From NCBI GenBank assembly GCA_964016885.1, contig OZ024742.1:204600001-204664000 (forward strand): a stretch of DNA of 64,000 nt, written 5' to 3'. Positions 41,636 to 60,208 of the stretch are shown here, in pieces. This DNA is from Eledone cirrhosa (lineage: Eukaryota). The notes beneath the pieces are model-generated. The model worked only from the letters and a program-made list of their open reading frames with translations. It was not told the DNA's origin and searched no databases. Both the position numbers and the translations under genes were made by a program. How positions within the stretch are numbered: the first letter of the stretch is position 1; the number at the start of each line of letters is the position of its first letter.

Positions 41636-42364
41636 ATACACATGCATATACACACATATATATATATATACACACACATATATACACACAATCTTACATT
41701 CTTATTTGCATGCACATATATGTATTTTTATATTCAGATATAAATACCCAAACATATATACACCTACCTACATATATATTCATACATACACGCTTACAAA
41801 CACAGATGATAATAGTAAGGGGGAAAGGGGGGGGTGGAGAAGGGGATTATAGTAAATATATGTTTCAAGAAACATAGAATATTATCTGTATCTGGATCCC
41901 AATATATGTTTTTACATAGTTTCAGTGTTAGGAAATACAAGAAATACGGCAAAATTATGCATTTCAAAATAAGTATACCATTAATTATATGTTAACTAAA
42001 CTAAAGATAGTTAACATATTGATTTCTAAGGTGTAAATTAGTTAGGTTCATAATATTTGAAGCAGAATTTTGAAGTTAAATAGTAGTAGAGTATTAATTA
42101 TAGTATAACTAAATTAAAGTTATTAACGTTATGGTATCAATATTAGGAAATGAATTTAGTAATAGGGAAAAAACAAATAAAGTATTACATCGGTAGTAGA
42201 ATATAAATTATAGGTTAACTAAATTAAAAATTATATATTAATTTCTATAGTATATGTTAATTAGGTATATAATAAATAAAACAGATATTGTATTTTATCA
42301 ATAGCAGAATATAATTATATGCAAATAGAAATCAAAATTAATACATATACATATACATATACAT

Positions 42365-42431
<67 letters not shown>

Positions 42432-43315
42432 TACATACACATACATATACATACATACATATACATATTTTTTCAAAAATTGCAAAGAATATATTAACTA
42501 GGTATACATCCAAAACACATCCCATTCTATGATTACATGACACTCTGCAATCCGTCTGTATAAGGATACTAATTTTAAGCCAATTAAATTAAATTTTTAG
42601 GTTGACTAAATTTAAAACCAAATTATAAATATATTTCTAAAATGTATATTAATTAGGTCTATAATACTAAAAATTATTTCTCTGTCATTGGATACACGAT
42701 ATTTTGTTATATTTTATCTGTAAAGGAATTTTAATAAAAGGTTTAAATAAATTAAAATTAATCTATAAATTAAATTACTAAGTATATATTAGTAATATTT
42801 AAAGGTTTTTCACAATTTATGATTACACAATATTTTATATTCTCATCTGTAGTAGAATTTTAATTAAATTAAATTTATAGGTTAACTAACATTTAAATTA
42901 AATTAATTTCTAAAATAATGTTATTAATTAGGTTTATAATATTTAAATGTTTTTTTTAGTTTATGATTACACGATATAATTAATTCCTGTCGTTTATTTA
43001 ATAGGATATCCTTAGATTTCATTATTTCAAATAGTTCTTGGGAACATAATCTACATTCATTTCTATTATATTGATAAGGGGTGGCTCTTTTGAGCACACT
43101 CCAGGTCAAATCATATTGTATATTCTTATTTTTATAACTATTGATTTTTTCTGCTAGAGATGTTGTATTAGCCAGTGCGGCATTTTTAAAACTATGCTTG
43201 TGGGTATTAAACCTTGTCTTAAAATTGTTAGAGGTAGCTCCTATATATGAGCAAATAGAATCTTTAGTTTTAACATTACATTTATAGACTATGTTGTTAA
43301 CAAGACAATTCCCTA
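38992..43315 (-). mobile_element. 5'-truncated PLE: GIY-YIG remnant, about 3.9-kb 3' region, HHR and tail
   Basis: 42924-43315: [47 protein letters not shown] on the same strand. Continuity of the intervening DNA is inferred. Confidence 0.6.
39188..39340 (-). ncRNA. Hammerhead ribozyme with stem II region of about 115 nt
   Basis: Reverse complement: tcattattt-CTGAAGA-cggcgtatatgtgt...acacatatatatccta-GAAA-cgatcg-TT-aaataatga (perfect 9-bp stem I). Confidence 0.8.
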
Positions 43316-43449
43316 TATACATATATATATATGTATATATATATATGTATATACATATATATATATACATATATATATACATATATATATATACATATAT
43401 ATATATATATGTATATACATATATATATATACATATATATATATATATG

Positions 43450-43554
<105 letters not shown>

Positions 43555-43555
43555 G

Positions 43556-43615
<60 letters not shown>

Positions 43616-43775
43616 CATATATATATATACATATATATATATATGTATATACATATATATATATATACATATATATATATACATATATATATATACATAT
43701 GTATATATATACATATATATATATACATATATATATATACATATGTATATATATACATATATATATATACATATG

Positions 43776-43869
<94 letters not shown>

Positions 43870-43870
<1 letters not shown>

Positions 43871-45989
43871 TAGCAGATTTACCCGGCGTTTCTCGGGGTT
43901 GGAAATTATGCTAGGAAGTAAAAGAAGAACATTATTTGTCCCCAACCTGTCAAAATAAGCAGAAGTCTTCAATAATTAATGCAAACGAATATTTAGTGCA
44001 ATCTTTCTACACATAAAACTATGCTGATAATGAAGGAAAACACTGAACAGGATGTAGTTATACAAATGATTAAAGACAATACACGTTGCAAATCTGTAAA
44101 AAAACACGCAGTTTTGTTAAAGTACAAAAAGTTGTAATGAAAGCAGAGTTGTATACAAACAAAAAAACAATGAGAGTAGAATAAGAGAAAATCTATTCTT
44201 TGAGAGCATCCTTTGCTGTGTATGGTTAAATTTTTAACTTATAATCCCAAATATCCTGCATGACATATTCATTGGTATGTTTTGTAATGAGTAAGGTGAA
44301 GTCAAGGCAGAGCTGTAATAAGTTTTTTTGTTAACACTAAAGCACTTCAGGATAGACGATATTCTTTGTTTTTCTTTTCAGAACAAACGCAAAGAGATTA
44401 TCTCGACTGCCAACTCGTGAGCAGGCAACGTAGAATTGTCCGTGCGAAAAGCAAGGTTCATCCAAGTGAATTCCAGCGACGGACAGAGTTTGACCTTGCG
44501 ACTTGTTTATGGACATCGCAAAGGCAATACGAAGGGGAAATTGGGTTCGGCGAAAGGAGACCGGAGTATCCACGCCTGATGTAGTCAGGCTAATTTTTGT
44601 TATTATCACATCCTCGCCTTTTCCACATCCAGATAGAATGGTAGCGTCAATACTAAGTGGAGACAGTTTTTTAACCACAAGGCGTGTACCATTGCATAGT
44701 TTTGGAGGAGTGATATTTCTCAGCAAAATAACTGGTGTTCCCTCTTTCAGAACCAATGTATTAGGAGGTAAACCAGGAGGAATTAAAGAATTTAGAAATT
44801 CAACTGGATAATTGACCGTAATCCTGTGGATCACATACAGTATCAATAGATTTATATATCCGTGGACATCCAGGAAGAAGCTGAAGAAGCTGATCGTTAA
44901 TACAGCTAACCGTGATATTTATGGGTCCAAGAATGGCTCTTTCGCATAGCCAATCAAAATTCGTATAGTTATCACGCAAGTTCGGGAATACACTCGCCTT
45001 GAGATCATCGACAGTTTCAACTACATTGCAGATGTGATCAATTGCTATGTGTCCATCTGTATCCGGAGGTAGGTTACCATCTCCTATTGTAAGAATGTCT
45101 CCAGAAAATGTTGATGACAGAGGGTCCCCATGCAACCTTGCACGCATGTTGGTAGTTAATCTTAATGATGTCACTTGTCGCCACAATGGTGAAGACTTAA
45201 GACATGCATTTACCGCATCTGCTCTTGTTCCTTTCGGTATTATAGGAAGAGTCTGTCTGAAGTCTCCTGATAGCAGAAGGGCGACACCCCCCATAACATC
45301 ACTGCAATCCCGTATGTCTTGCAAAGTCTTTGGTTATATGACAAGTAGGAGTTTCCAATTTTGCCAAATCAAGGAGCAATTTAAAAAATGAATGTGCCGT
45401 CCTTCCACCAGGGAGCAAAGTTGCTGCCTTTCATATTTTGTACTGTCTCTGCAGATCTTGCTGCAGCAGTAGCCGTAGCATCCATAGCAAGGCGTGTTTC
45501 ACGTAGCTCTGAAGTCTCTGCAGCTCGTGCTGCAGCAGTTGCTTTAGCGTTATTGGTTCGACGAACTAACCGACGCTCAGCGGCGGACAAAGATGTTGCA
45601 ATAACTGTACTCACCGCATTTAGTGATTGTCTATTTTTGGTTATAGGCGGAGCGTCGTTTACACGCATTGTTTTCTTCGACCGATAGCCAATATGTGCAT
45701 ACTTTCTTTTACGGGGCATATTTGGTGAAAAGGTTATCTCCCTTTTTTAAAAGGATTATTAATAAAGTTTGTTATCTCCCTTACATCAATTTTTCTACCA
45801 ATAAATTTGATATCGATTTTTATTGCTCTACGTGGGGCGATTTAAAAAGTGTTTGTGATGTGACAATCTTAGCGACCTGTGCAACGTGCACAGAAAATTT
45901 GGTCAAATTCAGTTGGTAATTGTGAAAGCCTTATGCATGCAAAGTTGTACACAGACACACACACATCGTCGCTTTTATATATATAAAGA
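43870..45989 (-). mobile_element. Internally deleted Helitron with both termini
   Basis: a|TCtttatatata 5' end; cccgagaaacgccggg hairpin plus CTAG|t 3' end. N-terminal ORF 45381-45719 is joined to Pif1-like helicase fragments. Confidence 0.9.
44337..45330 (-). pseudogene. Helitron Pif1-like helicase C-terminal part (frameshifted)
   Basis: [60 protein letters not shown]. Confidence 0.92.
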
Positions 45990-46053
45990 TATATATACAT
46001 ATATATCTATGTATATATATATATATGTATATACATATATATATATATATATG

Positions 46054-46085
<32 letters not shown>

Positions 46086-46086
46086 T

Positions 46087-46154
<68 letters not shown>

Positions 46155-46171
46155 CATATATATATATATAT

Positions 46172-47849
46172 ATATTGTTATACATTGGGAGGGTCATGTT
46201 GCCAATAAGAAACACACGCACAAGTTGCTTTCACTTCAGTTTATTATATATTTATAAATTTATAAATTTACAAATCTACAAACTTATAAATTTCTGGTTG
46301 GCTGGTTGGTTCCACAACCAGATAGTTGTTTATATATAGTCATAGTCCTTTCGTCACACACTCTGTGACCTCTTCAGTGACTGGGATTCCTTTCTTTGTT
46401 TCTGTGTCTTTCCTTTCTTCTATCCTACGCCATTTTGTTTCTGTGTGTATGTTGTGTGCTCAGTTTGCGCATGCGCCACATCCGGGTGTCTGTGTGTGTT
46501 TGTGTTCATTTATCTATTTGTTTATTTATTTATTTATTTATTGTTGGTTGGTTGTTTGTTCTATGTGTGTGTGTGTTTTCATTTTGTCCTGTGTGTGTGT
46601 TTTCATTTTGTCCTTAATTGTAAGTTGTTTGTTCTATGTGTGTGTGTGTTTTCATTTTGTCCTGTGTGTGTTTTCATTTTGTCCTTAATTGTAAGTTGTG
46701 ATGTTGCTGTTCCACTCATATTTTCTATTTAATTTTGGTTGTAATTCTTTTATGCTTACTGCCTCTGTAATTTGCCTAAACATTGCATCCTTTCTGTGTG
46801 TGGATTCTATTTTTATTTCTATGTTGTCTAATCTACCCTTGTGTTCTATCTTAGCATGTTGGTAGAGCACAGATGATTCTTTATTATCTTGAAGGTCTCG
46901 CCAGTGTTCATTTATTTGTTCCCTATACTACGAGCTGTCTCACCTATGTACACTATATTTTTGTTTCTACATTGTCCTTCAGTACATCTTATGCTATACA
47001 CTACATTTCTAGTTTTACAGTTAATATGGGGGCTTATTTTACAGGTTATACATTTCTTATCTATACATGAGGGTCTTTGGAACGGGTATGTCTTGCTAAT
47101 AAGTGTTTTTACAGAGGTACCTGGTCTTTCTACTATCTTAATATTGAGTTTATGTTTATTTAGGGCCCTTCTAAATTTGTAGGCTAGTTCGCTTCTAGGG
47201 GTTGTATTGATGAACATTACACTCTGGTATTTATTGCTATCATACCATGAGTTTATTCTATTGGCCTTGTACCTAGTTCTTTCTATTCTATTCCAAAATT
47301 TGCTCCTATACAAGGGGCAGGTCCCATTTATGTCATTATTTACCATTTTTTCCCGTTTGGTTCTGGCTCCTTTATACACTCTGATTCTATTTCTCTGACT
47401 GTAGCCAGAGAACTGCAACCAACAATAAATAAATAAATAAATAAACAAATAGATAAATGAACACAAACACACACAGACACCCGGATGTGGCGCATGCGCA
47501 AACTGAGCACACAACACATACACAGAAACAAAATGGCGTAGGATAGAAGAAAGGAAAGACACAGAAACAAAGAAAAGAATCCCCAGTCACTGAAGAGGTC
47601 ACAGAGTGTGTGACGAAAGGACTATGACTATATATAAACAACTATCTGGTTGTGGAACCAACCAACCAACCAGAAATTTATAAGTTTGTAGATTTGTAAA
47701 TTTATAAATTTATAAATATATAATAAATTGAAGTGAAAGCAACTGGTGCATGTGTTTCTTATTGGCAACATGACCCTCCCAAAGTATAACAATATCGGTT
47801 TCAACAGACGATTTCAGATAAAGAATCTTGCTAAACAAATTCAGAAACG

Positions 47850-47852
<3 letters not shown>
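46172..47852 (-). mobile_element. PLE GIY-YIG remnant flanked by inverted pseudo-LTRs; HHRs at 46338-46382 (-) and 47585-47629 (+)
   Basis: CKTRNVVYSIRC..VYIGETARS..EAVSIKELQPKLN. Arms about 46174-46552/47415-47794. agtca-CTGAAGA-ggtcaca gagtg tgtgac-GAAA-ggac-TA-tgact. Confidence 0.88.
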
Positions 47853-47886
<34 letters not shown>

Positions 47887-47904
47887 CTTCAATTTTATTA
47901 TTAT

Positions 47905-47937
<33 letters not shown>

Positions 47938-47946
<9 letters not shown>

Positions 47947-48081
47947 AGATCAAAAGATGGTTAAAACGGTTTAACCATCTTTTGATCTTATATATTATGT
48001 ATACTCCAGTCCTACAAACTGTAGAGTGCTTCTTATCCGATATCTGCATTGCTTTATTGTACTACAATAAAACTCACCTCC

Positions 48082-48085
<4 letters not shown>
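47938..48085 (+). mobile_element. Ultra-short hairpin-plus-tail insertion in (TA)n
   Basis: atataagatcaaaagatggttaaa/tttaaccatcttttgatcttatat arms, then about 85 bp of tail. Confidence 0.55.
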
Positions 48086-48170
<85 letters not shown>

Positions 48171-48173
48171 ATA

Positions 48174-48207
<34 letters not shown>

Positions 48208-48219
48208 CATATATGTATG

Positions 48220-48339
<120 letters not shown>

Positions 48340-48771
48340 CATATATATATAATCAACAACAAAGAACGCCTATAGCATATGCATATCTTTACTTGCTAAC
48401 ATTGTTTCATCCGCACTATAGTGGGACTCATCAGAGCATAAAGGTTAATTACATATTACAAGCAATAACAAATCCAAGACATTGAAGAAATAAAGAATAA
48501 AAATACTAAAAGACAAAAAATAAAAGATAAAAAATAAAAATAAAAAATATTGAGGAAGTAAAAATAAAAATCGAGCTAACCTTATACTGCCTATTGGATA
48601 AGTGGAGTGTTATACACCCCTGATCCTCTCCCTTATATACTATACATATATATACATATATATATATATATGTACATATATATATGTATATATACATACA
48701 TATATATGTCTTTATACATATATATATACATACATATATATATATACATACATAAATACATATATATATAT

Positions 48772-48815
<44 letters not shown>

Positions 48816-48859
48816 CATATATATATATCATACATATATATATATATATATATACATAC

Positions 48860-48892
<33 letters not shown>

Positions 48893-48941
48893 CATATATA
48901 TACATATATATATACATATACATATATATACATATATACAT

Positions 48942-49262
48942 ATATTGTTATATTTGGGGAGGGTCATATTTGCGTAATATTGCCAGAATTAATAACAGAA
49001 CACACTCACTGTTTGGTTGGTTTTCGCTTCTCGCTGTCTTTATATATATATATCTGCGATCTAACTTACTCGGTCCTCAATGTTGCCATTGACTGACCGG
49101 CGGTCAAAAATAATACAGATACAATATAGACACAAACACATATATATAGTTTACATAATTTACATAATCTTTCGTTGCACATCTGCAACATCGTCAGTGG
49201 TGTTATATTCATTGTTCCTCCTGTTGTGTTGTATGTCTACGCCATTTTTTTGTTGTTGTTCC
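48942..49262 (-). mobile_element. Diverged relative of the 46-kb PLE end with HHR-like core (49161-49200)
   Basis: Shares tattgttata..gggagggtcat. Reverse complement: CTGACGA-t gttgca gatg tgcaac-GAAA-gat-TA; stem I is weak. Confidence 0.55.
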
Positions 49263-49330
49263 ATATATACATACATATATATATATACATATGTATATAT
49301 ATATATATATATATTATATATGTACATATA

Positions 49331-49417
<87 letters not shown>

Positions 49418-49463
49418 ACATATACATATATATACATATATATATACATATATATATATATAC

Positions 49464-53021
<3,558 letters not shown>

Positions 53022-53149
53022 TATATATACATACATATATATATACATACATAAATATATATATATTTATAAATATATATATACATACATATATACATAC
53101 ATACATACATACATATATATATATATACATATATATACATACATATAAA

Positions 53150-54005
53150 TAAATAAATAAATAAATGAAATTAAATAAGTAAATAAATAAAATTAAATTA
53201 ATAAAATTAGATAAAATGAAATGAAATAAAATAAAATAAAATGAAATAAAGTAAATTGAGATAAGATATATATTTTTTTAGAATATATCTCTTGAATATA
53301 TCAGGGGCCCACGAAGGCACTAAGTGTCACAGTTATATGTATCACTTGACCATTTTTTAAAAATATATTTCTTGAAAATATCAGGGGCCCACGAAGGCTC
53401 TAAGTGTCACAGTCACCAGTATTACTTGACCATTGCAAGGCAATGGATGCGTCCCAGGTTGGGCAGTCTCAAAAGTTCACTCGAAAGTCACGGGTGTGCA
53501 TTCACACAGTTGAGCGGTGGGGTAATCACAAACCGGTTCACACCCGGGCAGGAGTCCAATGGTCAAACAGAGGTGCATCGAAGGAAGGTAGGAGAATTCA
53601 CGTGCATTAGCAAGCGAGGTGCAGGCGGGTTAGCCAAAGCAAGCAGACACAGTTGGAGCGCATACAAAAGATATATAAAAAGACAAAAGATATATAAAAA
53701 ATAGCTTCAAGAGCCATGAAGTCACCGCATTGGGACATCACAAGATTGTACACATCAATATGTTCAGCACGTATATGCACATATACACACCACATGCATA
53801 TGCAGAGACGGTATACATATATATATATATATTTTTTTATATACAGACATATACAACCACCTACACCCATACACATATAAATGTATACACAGACACACAC
53901 GCACACACACACAGCGTAGGACACCCGGGTCAAAGCTGATATTATATTATACTGCCTGCTGGATAAGTGGAGTGTTATACACCCCTGATCCTCTCCCTAG
54001 TATAC
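53150..54005. repeat. Unclassified repeat related to 16860-17050 (inverted) and 48585-48635
   Basis: Shares gaatatatcaggggcccacgaaggcacta and ggataagtggagtgttatacacccctgatcctctccct. Confidence 0.55.
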
Positions 54006-54028
54006 TATATATATATATATATACATAC

Positions 54029-54101
<73 letters not shown>

Positions 54102-54214
54102 CATATATATATATATATACATACATATATATATATATATACATACATATATATATACATACATATATATATATATATACATTCATATATATATACATAC
54201 ATATATATATATAT

Positions 54215-54247
<33 letters not shown>

Positions 54248-54400
54248 CATACATATATATATATACATACATATATATATATATACATATATATATACAT
54301 ACATATATATATATATATATATACATACATATATATATACATACATATATATATATATACATACATATATATATATCATACATATATATATATACATATA

Positions 54401-54469
<69 letters not shown>

Positions 54470-54529
54470 ATACATACATATATATATATATACATACGTA
54501 AATATATATATATACATACATATATATAA

Positions 54530-55125
54530 CCTTGAATAACTTTGAAATGTTTTGGCCAGTATTGGCCCAGGCCATGTCTAACTTAATAGCACCACCTGGC
54601 GAAGTCTTTCAATTCAAGATTTGGGCACCATGGCCCATTCGAGAAGAGAATTACTGTTTGCGGAGACATATCCGGATGTGGGTGGTTTGTCCGGGATTAC
54701 TTGGAGGAATTTGTCCAAAGACTTCTTGAATTTTGTGTGGTCAGTTTCTGTTTTGACGTGTCCTGGTGTGATGTTGAAGAGAGCAGGGCCGATTGAGGTG
54801 AAATAATTGTGCCGTATTGTTGTTATGAGTTGCGATTTAGATTTTTGAATGGGACGGATAGCACGGGGCCCAAGCCTTGGGTGTATCTTGAAGGCGATGC
54901 CAACATCATTTGGGCAGTGATGATGGAACATTTTCCACATCATGCAGATAATATAACGCTCACGGCGACGTTGGAGTGAGTAAAGTTTCACGTTTTCTAA
55001 TCGACCCCAGTAGTCAAGGTCTGACATGCCATCTATCTTTTTCGTGATTGCCCTTTGAGGAGCTTCAAGTTTCATGATACTTTGTTTCGTGTGGGGAGAC
55101 CACAGTGGACAACAGTATTCAAATG
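54530..55125 (-). mobile_element. CR1/L2-group LINE 3' fragment
   Basis: FEYCCPLWSPH..LEAPQRAITK..DYWGRL..LYSLQRRRERY. Confidence 0.82.
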
Positions 55126-55589
55126 AACGATACATACACTTATGATATATGAACGATACATACACTTTAACATATAAATGCAACGTTGTTATATTACATT
55201 TATAAAGAAATATACAAGTAACGTTTCCGATTCAGAAACAAAAACATAAGTGTTTGAACTGTGAATATGTTGTGAATAAGTTGTAGAACACCTATTTATA
55301 TGAATGATACATAAACTTTAACATATAAATACAGCGTTGTTATATTATATTACATTCATAAAGAAATATACTAAGTAACGGTTTGGGGGGGTTTTTTGTT
55401 CTCGATTCAAACGATTCAAGAACAACGTTTAAAACACAGTTGTAGAATTAAAAACTAACTGAAAAGAAATATTACCCAAGCTGTGAATAACTTTAAATTT
55501 GATTCTGACAACTTTGTCGAAACTTTTAAAGAAGATCATCGACTATTTTGAAAAATAAATACGAAATATTAGTGAATAGACGAACTCAT

Positions 55590-58500
55590 CATGGCAAAAA
55601 GTGCAAGTCTCCTTCGACCAAATCGCAACTACAACCGTTGTATACAGTGGAGCTACGAGCTTAACAAAGTATTATATGAAGCATACAAACAATCTGAACC
55701 CCAAAAGTTCGGTTTTATGCAAAGGCTTTATGGAACTCCAAACACCCAGAATTAGACTTTTCTCCAAAGCATTTAAATGAACAGGCAAAACGTATCATTA
55801 GATGTAAATTGATACATCTAACGGAATTGAGTGATACTACAAATACATCCCTTGTAGACAGCCACCCCACCTCCACTGACAGACAAAGAGAATGGCCAGC
55901 TAAATCTAACAGTGAACAGCTCACCAACAATTTTGCTGAAATCCATCCCACTTCCACTGAAGAACAGCGAGAAAGGTCAGCTAACGAGGCTGAAATTCAT
56001 GACTCTACTGAACAAACAGAGCACCAAAAACTTGTGGACATCCTACAAGTGATATGGAACGATATGTTTCAAGAGATACACAGCTTTAATGTGAGTGACA
56101 GACCATACAACACTAGAATCAGTAAAGAACCCACTAAATTGGAATTGGAAGCGGTGAATGAAATAGCTGGCAATTATCTGAAGGCTATACGATCTAAAGG
56201 TGTAGAAACGACATTTGAAACGCTTAATGTTTTGTTATATGTTTCAGCTGTCACATTGCTATCATATAACACACATCTAAAACCATGCAATCAAGATACA
56301 AACAGAAAGCTTGAACCAGCGTGGATGCGAAATTTAAAAACCAAAATTTTGTCCCTGAGACGAAGTATCTAACACATCGCAGTCGTTATGAAATGCAACA
56401 TAGAGAGCAACTTCACACGACACCAGGAAGACCTAAAGAAAAAGTTAGAGAGACGATTTGGAGATACAAAATTTAAAACTTTGAACTCCAAATTACACCA
56501 GTTGAAACAACAACTCACAGCTACAACAGAAAGACTAAAATATAAGTCAACAGCACATAAACGACAAGTGCTAAATAGATTGTTTGCTAGAGATCCTAAA
56601 TCAGTTTATCGCAGCTTCGGTGGCAAAAGCTCAATCCCTGTAAACGACACCCCTTCAAAAGAACAGGTTAAGAGCTACTGGAGATCTGTATGGGAAACGG
56701 ATGACGGATTCAACAGACAAGCTAATTGGCTAAAAGAACTGGAACAGGACTACTGCCAACATGTCCAGACAAAACAATATGACATAGATGGGTCAATACT
56801 GGAAACAGCTCTACAGAAAATGTCGAATAGGAAATCGCCAGGCCCAGACCTCATTACAGGATACTGGTTGAAGAATTTCACTTTCTATCGGCAAGATCTC
56901 ATACGGCTGTTTACAGAAACCATTAAAGGCACACAAGAACTGCCCAGATGGTTATCAACTGCCACTACTCTCCTCATTCCCCAAAATAGCCAAACCACCC
57001 TTGCTAAAAATTACCGCCCAATTGCCTGCCCAAACATCATGTATACATTATATACTGGGTGCCTTAACCTGTTCTTACAGGATCACTGTGCTACCAACAA
57101 CATCATAACACCTGAGCAAGCTGGTGGAAAGAGGGAGGTGTGGGGTTGCATAGATCACCTACTAACTAACAAAATGATTCAGGAAAAAAACAACAAAGAA
57201 TCACAGAAACATGACTGTGGTGTGGCTGGACTATCAAAAAGCATTTGATAGTGTACCTCATGGGTGGATTATTAAGGCTTTACAGTTAGCTAAAGTCCCA
57301 CAACCATTGGTAGCTGCTGTTGAACGCCTGACCAAGAACTGGTACACCAATTTGATCCTTAGAGATGAGAAGGAGCAGGTTAAGACTGATAAGATACATT
57401 ACCAGAAGGGCATCTTTCAGGGTGATAGCTTGTCAGTGTTACTCTTCGTTCTCTCACTGAATCCACTATCTTACCTACTCAGGAAACAAGGTGGACAAAG
57501 AAGTGGGCCCAGAAGTATCTCCCATCTTTTCTTTGTTGATGACCTGAAGTTGTATGGGCCAAATATCAATGACATCAAGAAACAATTGGACCTCATTACA
57601 CAATTTTCAACCGACATCAAAATGAAATTTGGTGAGTCCCAGTGTGCATATTTGGCAGTAAAACGTGGAAGAGCTGTGCCCTCCTCTAGAAATCTAGAGA
57701 TGAACGGCCTGACAATACAACCTCTGAAGTCAGGTGACAACTACAGATATCTTGGACAGGATGAGAATGTCAGATATGATGAACCCATAAATAAGGAGAG
57801 AAACCGAACTGAATACCTCAGAAGAGTAAAGAAAATATGGTCATCAGAACTGTCAGCATACAACAAATACATTGCCCACAATACTTATGCTGTGCCAATT
57901 CTAACGCCAACATTTGGCCTGCTGAACTGGTCATTGCAAGAACTAAGTGAGATGGATGTTAGAACTCGAAAACTGGGAACTTTAACATCAATGGTGATGT
58001 GGATAGGCTATACTTCTCTTGCAAGGAAGGTGGCCGGGGTCTAAAATCAATATTAACAACATATGAGACCCGGATAGTAACACTGAAGCAACACCTTCAA
58101 CAGAGGAAAAAGGTTGGCAACCATCTTGCCCAGGTTTATGAGCATGAAAAAAAAAATATCATTAGAATAGCGACTGATCTGGAGGAGAGATATGGAATAA
58201 AATCTGATATAAATCTCTCACTCAGAGAAATCGGAAGATCCTATTCAATGTTAAAACAAGATAAAAAAATTGACCAATTTACAGAAAAAGTTGTGCATGG
58301 ATACTTGAGGCGTAAAACACAGACCATAGAGGGGATAAACCACTCAAAAAGCCTGGCATGGAGTTCCGACAAGTTTATGACATCACACCTTGAGGGATAT
58401 CTCTATGCAATACAGGAACAAGAACTCCCTACCAAATATCTGCTGCACAAAAGAGGAGGGCCAGCAGCTGACAATAAATGTAGGCGATGTAAAACAAAGA

Positions 58501-59120
58501 TCGAGGATGTAAGCCACATTGTTGCCAGCTGCGAAAGAATGTCATCTCGCTACTACCTCCCCATGAGACACGATGGGATAGCTAGAATCATCTGGAACGC
58601 ACTTCGGAAAACAAAATTAACAAAAAACGAGGAAGAATATATTGAGGCAGATGCCACTAAGGAATACTGGTGGAACCTGAAAATAAAAACTGCCACCAAA
58701 TTAAAGCACAACCGGCCTGATATTGTTGTTTGGGACCACACATAGAAAACGTGTTCTGTTGTGGAGATCAGCTGTAAACGTTGTCAGAAAAATACAGGAG
58801 AAGGAGGACATCTACGGACCATTGATGAGGAGTTTACAAATCCAGTATCCAAGATACACTTTTAGCTTCATACCCATCATTATTGGAGCTACGGGTTATA
58901 TACCAACACGCTTGGACCAAAGTATGACTGAACTTGGATTTGCGGACAAAAAGCGCAGCTCCCTAATTCATAGTCTACAAATGGCTGCGATAGCTGGCAC
59001 CTTCAAAATTTGCAAAACATTCTTGCGATTCAAGGGATGACAATTTCTTTTCTTTTACAAACTTGCCACCAGGAAGGTGGCCGGTCAAAAAAATATACTC
59101 GAAATTAAGAGAAAGAGATA
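55590..59120 (+). mobile_element. Near full-length RLE-type non-LTR retrotransposon (R4/Dong-like), frameshifted
   Basis: KSPGPD, NYRPIAC, DYQKAFDSVPH, GIFQGDSLS, FVDDLKLY, YRYLG, GGRGL, CRRC..SHIVASC knuckle, RHD, NRPDIV; ends in (TA/CA)n. Confidence 0.88.
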
Positions 59121-59330
59121 ACATATATGTACATATATATATATATACATACATATATATATACATATATATATATACACATATATATATACATACATAT
59201 ATATACACATATATATATACATACATACATATATATATATATTTACATATATATAGACATACATACATATATATATATATAAATATATATATATACATAT
59301 ATATATACATACATACATATATATATATAT

Positions 59331-59948
59331 ATGGTGGCTGCCAACTCGTTTTCGAGTACAGCCACTACTTTATATCCATGTAGGAGAACCCCTAGCGATG
59401 CGCTGAACGAGTGTGACTTTTTAGTTCAGCCAGCGACTTGAAAACTCTGGTACAAACACTACACTTGTGACAATTATTGACACATAGTGCTGGGCCCATG
59501 GTACCATGTGACGACAAGTGCAGAGAGATCTCCAGATATAAAGCAATGCCTATGCCGTGAAGCTTTTATAGTGAGCAAAGGCACTGCACAAAGCCAGTCC
59601 CACTCTCTTAACCAAGATGATATTTACCAAAAAAGAAGAACAAGTCAACATCATTGGATACCATCAGGGTTGCAGGTATATATCAGAGATTTCCTTCTCC
59701 TAGAAATCTGCCTTGAGAAAGGCTAAGGGGTCATCTCATGTCAGGTCACCTGTTGGTGCTACTGGTAACATGTATCCCAGTACAACCTGTCTCATGGTCG
59801 GATCGTTGGCGACTAAACTGGCAACCCCACTAAGGTTTCTTGGTGAGGAGGGTGACTTTCGACATCCTGCAGGACTAAAAACAAAACCTGTCAAAGGGCA
59901 AAGGAGCTCTTAAGAGTCAATGGCCATCCAAAATCACCGGGAGAGATA
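59331..59948. mobile_element. RTE-derived retroposon with exact 5' inversion
   Basis: 3' part on - at 59331-59737; 5' part on + at 59739-59948. Confidence 0.88.
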
Positions 59949-59983
59949 TATATATATACATATATATATACATACATATATAT

Positions 59984-60014
<31 letters not shown>

Positions 60015-60016
<2 letters not shown>

Positions 60017-60208
60017 GTTTTAATATAGAAGAGATTCTACAGGACTAGAACTGTTTCATTCATTAGAAATCATCAGGATTCCTGATGATTTCTAATGAAT
60101 GAAACAGTTCTAGTCCTGTAGAATCTCTTCTATATTAAAACTATTATACTCTGCTATGTATTGAGTACCTTACTTACTGTGGTTACCTCCGATTCAACCC
60201 GGAATAAC
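60015..60208 (+). mobile_element. Fold-back HHR element; HHR at 60076-60126
   Basis: Palindrome 60015-60143 plus tail. ggattc-CTGATGA-tttc taat gaat-GAAA-cag ttctagtc ctg-TA-gaatct. Confidence 0.8.
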
